From Reclinomonas americana ATCC 50394 (Eukaryota), in the NCBI GenBank assembly GCA_048213135.1, contig PS015070.1:131695-188756 (forward strand): a stretch of DNA of 57,062 bases, given 5' to 3'. How positions within the stretch are numbered: position 1 is the first letter of the stretch; every line of letters begins with the position of its first letter. The translations under genes were made by a program, and so were the position numbers. This document shows positions 53,401 through 57,062 of this stretch, piece after piece. The notes beneath the pieces are model-generated. The model had not been told where the DNA came from, did not search any database, and saw only the letters and a list, made by a program, of their open reading frames with translations.

Positions 53401-53497
53401 GCCGCGCGTTGTCGACAACGCGAACGAGGTCAGCTTGCCGTCGCGCAAGTCGGCTGCCGATGTGCTGCACAAGATTTTCACCGCCCGCTCTCTGTAG
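50475..53497 (+). CDS. NAGLU: Alpha-N-acetylglucosaminidase (GH89), 5'-truncated, about 15 introns
   Basis: [105 protein letters not shown] and YRPRW. Confidence 0.95.
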
Positions 53498-53656
53498 TGT
53501 GCGTGTTGCGCGTGGGGGGAAGAATGAAGCGCGCGTCTCGATCATACATTCATGTCTTTTGAGGGCAAACACTCGAAAAGCAACGCGGAAAGAACAGGAG
53601 GCATCAACAGCAACAACAACAACAAAACACATTCAGGAAACAGCAGACACGCGCGC

Positions 53657-56600
53657 TCACAGGAATTCCGTCCTGCGCAGGCTCATGAACTGCACCAGCA
53701 GCCACACAATGATTGCAAACAAGGGGATTACGGTGGCCCACTGGCCAAATACGTTCTGCCGCCGAACGAGCGCGCGCATCTGTCGGTTTTCTGCCTCGTA
53801 GGCCTCCACCAGTGACAAGAGCGAGGCAGCGGCCTCCTCACGACGTGCCAGTGCTGTCTCGATCTTGCTCAGCAGTGCCGGTGGCACCGTGGACAACTGC
53901 TCCACCTCCTTTCCAACAACATTGTCCTCCACCTGTGCGCAAAAAAACAAGTGAGATTACAACAAAGCTGTGTGGGAGACATGGATGGAGAGACCTCGGT
54001 GGTGAGCGGCACAATGGCGGTGGCCATCGACGGCCCAGCCGTGGGTGTGGTGACAAAGGTGAGCTTTGTCGGTCGCGGCACCGAGGCCACCACCACCGGG
54101 GCGGCACGCTTCGCCTGCGAGGTGTTGGGCTTGAGTGCCGACGCCAAGGGCGGAGTAAACGTGTCGTCGTGGCACATGGAGGAGATCATGTCACGCGGCG
54201 AATTGAACACGGTCGACTTGTTGATGCCAGACACTGAGGTTCCGACCACCACCACATCCTCATCGTCTTCGTCGTCATCGGCCTCCTTGGCAAAGTACAC
54301 GCAGTCGTCCTCCACCGAGGCGGCCACTCGAGCCACCACGTCAGTGTGCGGCACCGGTACCACGATTTCCTTCTCCACCTCACCATCCTCGTCCACAGCG
54401 ACGTCATCCAAGTTGTGCAAGGCCGTTGTGTCGCTCAGGCTGCTGTTCGTGCACTGCGAAATCGCCGTGACATTCGGCAGCCCGTACGCAAACGCGCGGG
54501 CGGCACTGCCGGTGCGCGCCGAGGCCACCAGTGTGGAGTCGGGAGACGGCGACAGGGCGGCCAGCGACATGCCGGATTTACCGGGGGTGACCGACACCAC
54601 GGTGAATGACGACGACGAGGCGGATGGCGATATGACCGAGTCGTGCGTGGTGGTTTCTGTGGCGCTTGCGGGTGAGCAGAGGGTTGACGGCAAGAGGAGA
54701 GACATCAAGACACACATACCGTCAGCAGCAATGGTAACCAGCGTCGAGTTGCCTTCGTCCTCGGGCGCTGTGCGAGGAAAGGAATTCGGTCGATGGAGCA
54801 CAGACACGCTCTCCCGCTCAGCACACTCACCGTCGTCGCGCGGCGCAGTCAGCTCCTGCCACCCGCGAGTGAGATTGGGAGACGGGGCAGGGGCGAGTGG
54901 CGGCGGCACTCCATCCATGGACGATCCCACTGGCACCCCACCGCCTGCGGCAAACGACGAAGGTGGTGGCGGTGCGGGCGAGCTAATGTGCAACGATCCG
55001 TTGGGTGACTGCCACATGCGGTCGAGCACGCCCTCCAGGCGGCGAATGGTGGCACCCGGTGTCTCGCAGGCGGCGAGGCTGGTGCTAAGAGGCTGCGGAG
55101 GTGTGAGACGCGACCGGGGCGATAATGATGATGAAGAGCAGAGTGTGCATCTCACCCCTGCAATGGCGGTGGCGGCGGCGGGTGTCGGCGGCGCGGCGGC
55201 AGCCGGAGACGGGCTACTGGCCACATGCGCCTTTTTCGGCATGGCGACTTCGGGAGTTGCCTTGAGCGGTGTGTTGCGCGCGACCTTTTGCTTCTGGCGA
55301 CGCGATGCCGACGATGCGGGTGTCTTGTTGAGGCTGTTGTCGGTCATGGGGGACAGCGGGGTGCGAGTGACGGCCGAGAGGTTGGCGCTGCGCGTCTCGC
55401 GGAGGGGGGAGGGGGTTTCGATGCCCTGATTGAGGGGAAGGATTTGAGGGGAAGGAGGGAAGGAGGGGGGAAGGAGGGAAGGAGGGGGAAAGAGGGGAAA
55501 AGAGGGGAAAAGAGGGGGAGGAGGGGAAGGAGGGGAGAGGGAGAGGGGAAGAAGGGAGGGGGAAGGGGGAAGGAGAACGGGAAACACGGGTTCGGTGAGA
55601 GGAGAGGAACGGTCCATGAGCGATGAAACATCGCGAAGACAAGAGAGGGCGAACAGAGTCGATTGCCATGAGATGGCGACACAGGTTACTGCACCATGGT
55701 TAAGGGTCTCAAGTGCGTGAGAGAAGAGACGTCGGCGAACCGAGACCGCAACAGGGAGAAAGCAGAACGAGAACACAGAAGAACCATGATAAACGACAAG
55801 TGTGCTTGGGAGAGAACGAAGCCATCAACAATACGGATCGCTGGAGGAGAGAACTGAACAAGAAAGGCGATGAGCACGACAGATCGCGTTGCGAAAGAAG
55901 GAAGGGTATTTGTGAGAGAACCGAGTCGATAACTGGGAGAACGCAGATCGCAAAGGATCGCAAAGGAAAGAGGCGTAACGTACGGGAGTAGAGCTGCACA
56001 GAGAGAACAACCCGTAAAGAAGAGATGACTTGAGTGGCGAGAAGAAGAAGAACAGAGAAGCGATCGGTTTGTGAGACTGCGACTCAGCTCAACGCAGAAG
56101 GAAAGAGTACTGAAGAAGGCGAATGTCACTGCGAAAGATGGAACCTCACAAGGCACAAGAGTGAAAGTAGCGTTGAAGATCAGTGCACTGTCAACGCCCT
56201 CCTCGGCAATGACGAGGGGCTGGTACACAAGAGACAGCACAAACGTGGCTGCAGATTGCGTCACACACACCTGGCGATTGCTCATTCGAACGTGCACAAG
56301 AACAGGAACAACAATTCAACAACAAAACGTGCTGTCTCCCACTCCCACTCTTCCCTTTCGCTCGCGCACGTGCACTTGTCCTCTCCCCTCTTCTCCGCAC
56401 GCAACTCTCATGGCCTCCTCCTCCTCCTCCGCCACCTTCCTCCGCTCCAAATCCCGTTGCAACGGCGTCTTACCCCCCTGCAGTCCCGTAATCACACGCT
56501 CCGCCTCGCGCCCACCCACCGGAGGCTCCAGCGCACGAATCGCAGTCGCAGCAGGCTGACGCGGAGTGCGCATCACCATGGCCGCCCCGACGACCACTGG

Positions 56601-56714
56601 CGACTCAATCGTGTTCTCCTGAAACGAAAAGTTGTTGCGTGCAGGCGACGTGCGCGACGGCGACTTGTGCATGCCGCGACTGAATCGCCCAGGCTTCACT
56701 GTGGCGCTGTACAT
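53657..56714 (-). CDS. Hypothetical tail-anchored protein: long SP/TP-rich disordered region, coiled coil, C-terminal TM
   Basis: Exons at about 56406-56714, 55156-55426, 54718-55084, 53960-54660 and 53657-53932. Ends LVEAYEAENRQMRALVRR...WATVIPLFAIIVWLLVQFMSLRRTEFL*. Confidence 0.65.
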
Positions 56715-56861
56715 TGCGGATGGGAGAGAAGGTCTTTTCTCGCGCAATGCCACAAAGCTTGTGTAACGTTCGCGAAATGGCGCAAGTCAAATTGCAGATC
56801 ATCGACGACAACAATGGGAAAGGTGGGCCCTTGACCAGGGGAGGATGCTGACTTGGTCTGA

Positions 56862-57027
<166 letters not shown>

Positions 57028-57062
57028 GACGTACGACGTACGTCGTCGTCGTCGTCGTACGT

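Overview
Intron-rich, gene-dense eukaryotic draft scaffold, probably from a flagellated protist (inferred from ULK4, KATNAL2 and IQCC). It uses the standard genetic code and has many short introns of about 60-80 nt, longer introns filled with GA/CT/GT microsatellites, and many N gaps. Gene models were spliced by eye from GT-AG boundaries and remembered family motifs; no database search was run. In order: ULK4/RUNKEL-like 3' part (+), KATNAL2 (-), long-chain acyl-CoA synthetase (-), PH-PH-Arf-like GTPase fusion (+), a weak hypothetical gene (-), three tandem paralogues of an unrecognised multi-TM protein with a disordered tail (-), RRP9 (-), RPL39 (-), a WD40 protein (+), a class-3 lipase/P-loop GTPase fusion (+), IQCC-like (-), a small secreted Cys-rich protein (-), a TPR membrane protein (+), NAGLU (+, 5' end missing) and a tail-anchored coiled-coil protein (-). 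Most interesting: an abundant second class of 5' splice sites shifted by one base (GTTGCGT/GTTTCGT/GTTGAGT beside canonical GTGCGT/GTGAGT), two unusual GTPase fusions, and a tandem family whose middle copy is chimeric. Two small contigs (3014-3411, 26275-26598) are inverted in the assembly. No rRNA, tRNA, CRISPR array or recognisable transposon was seen.
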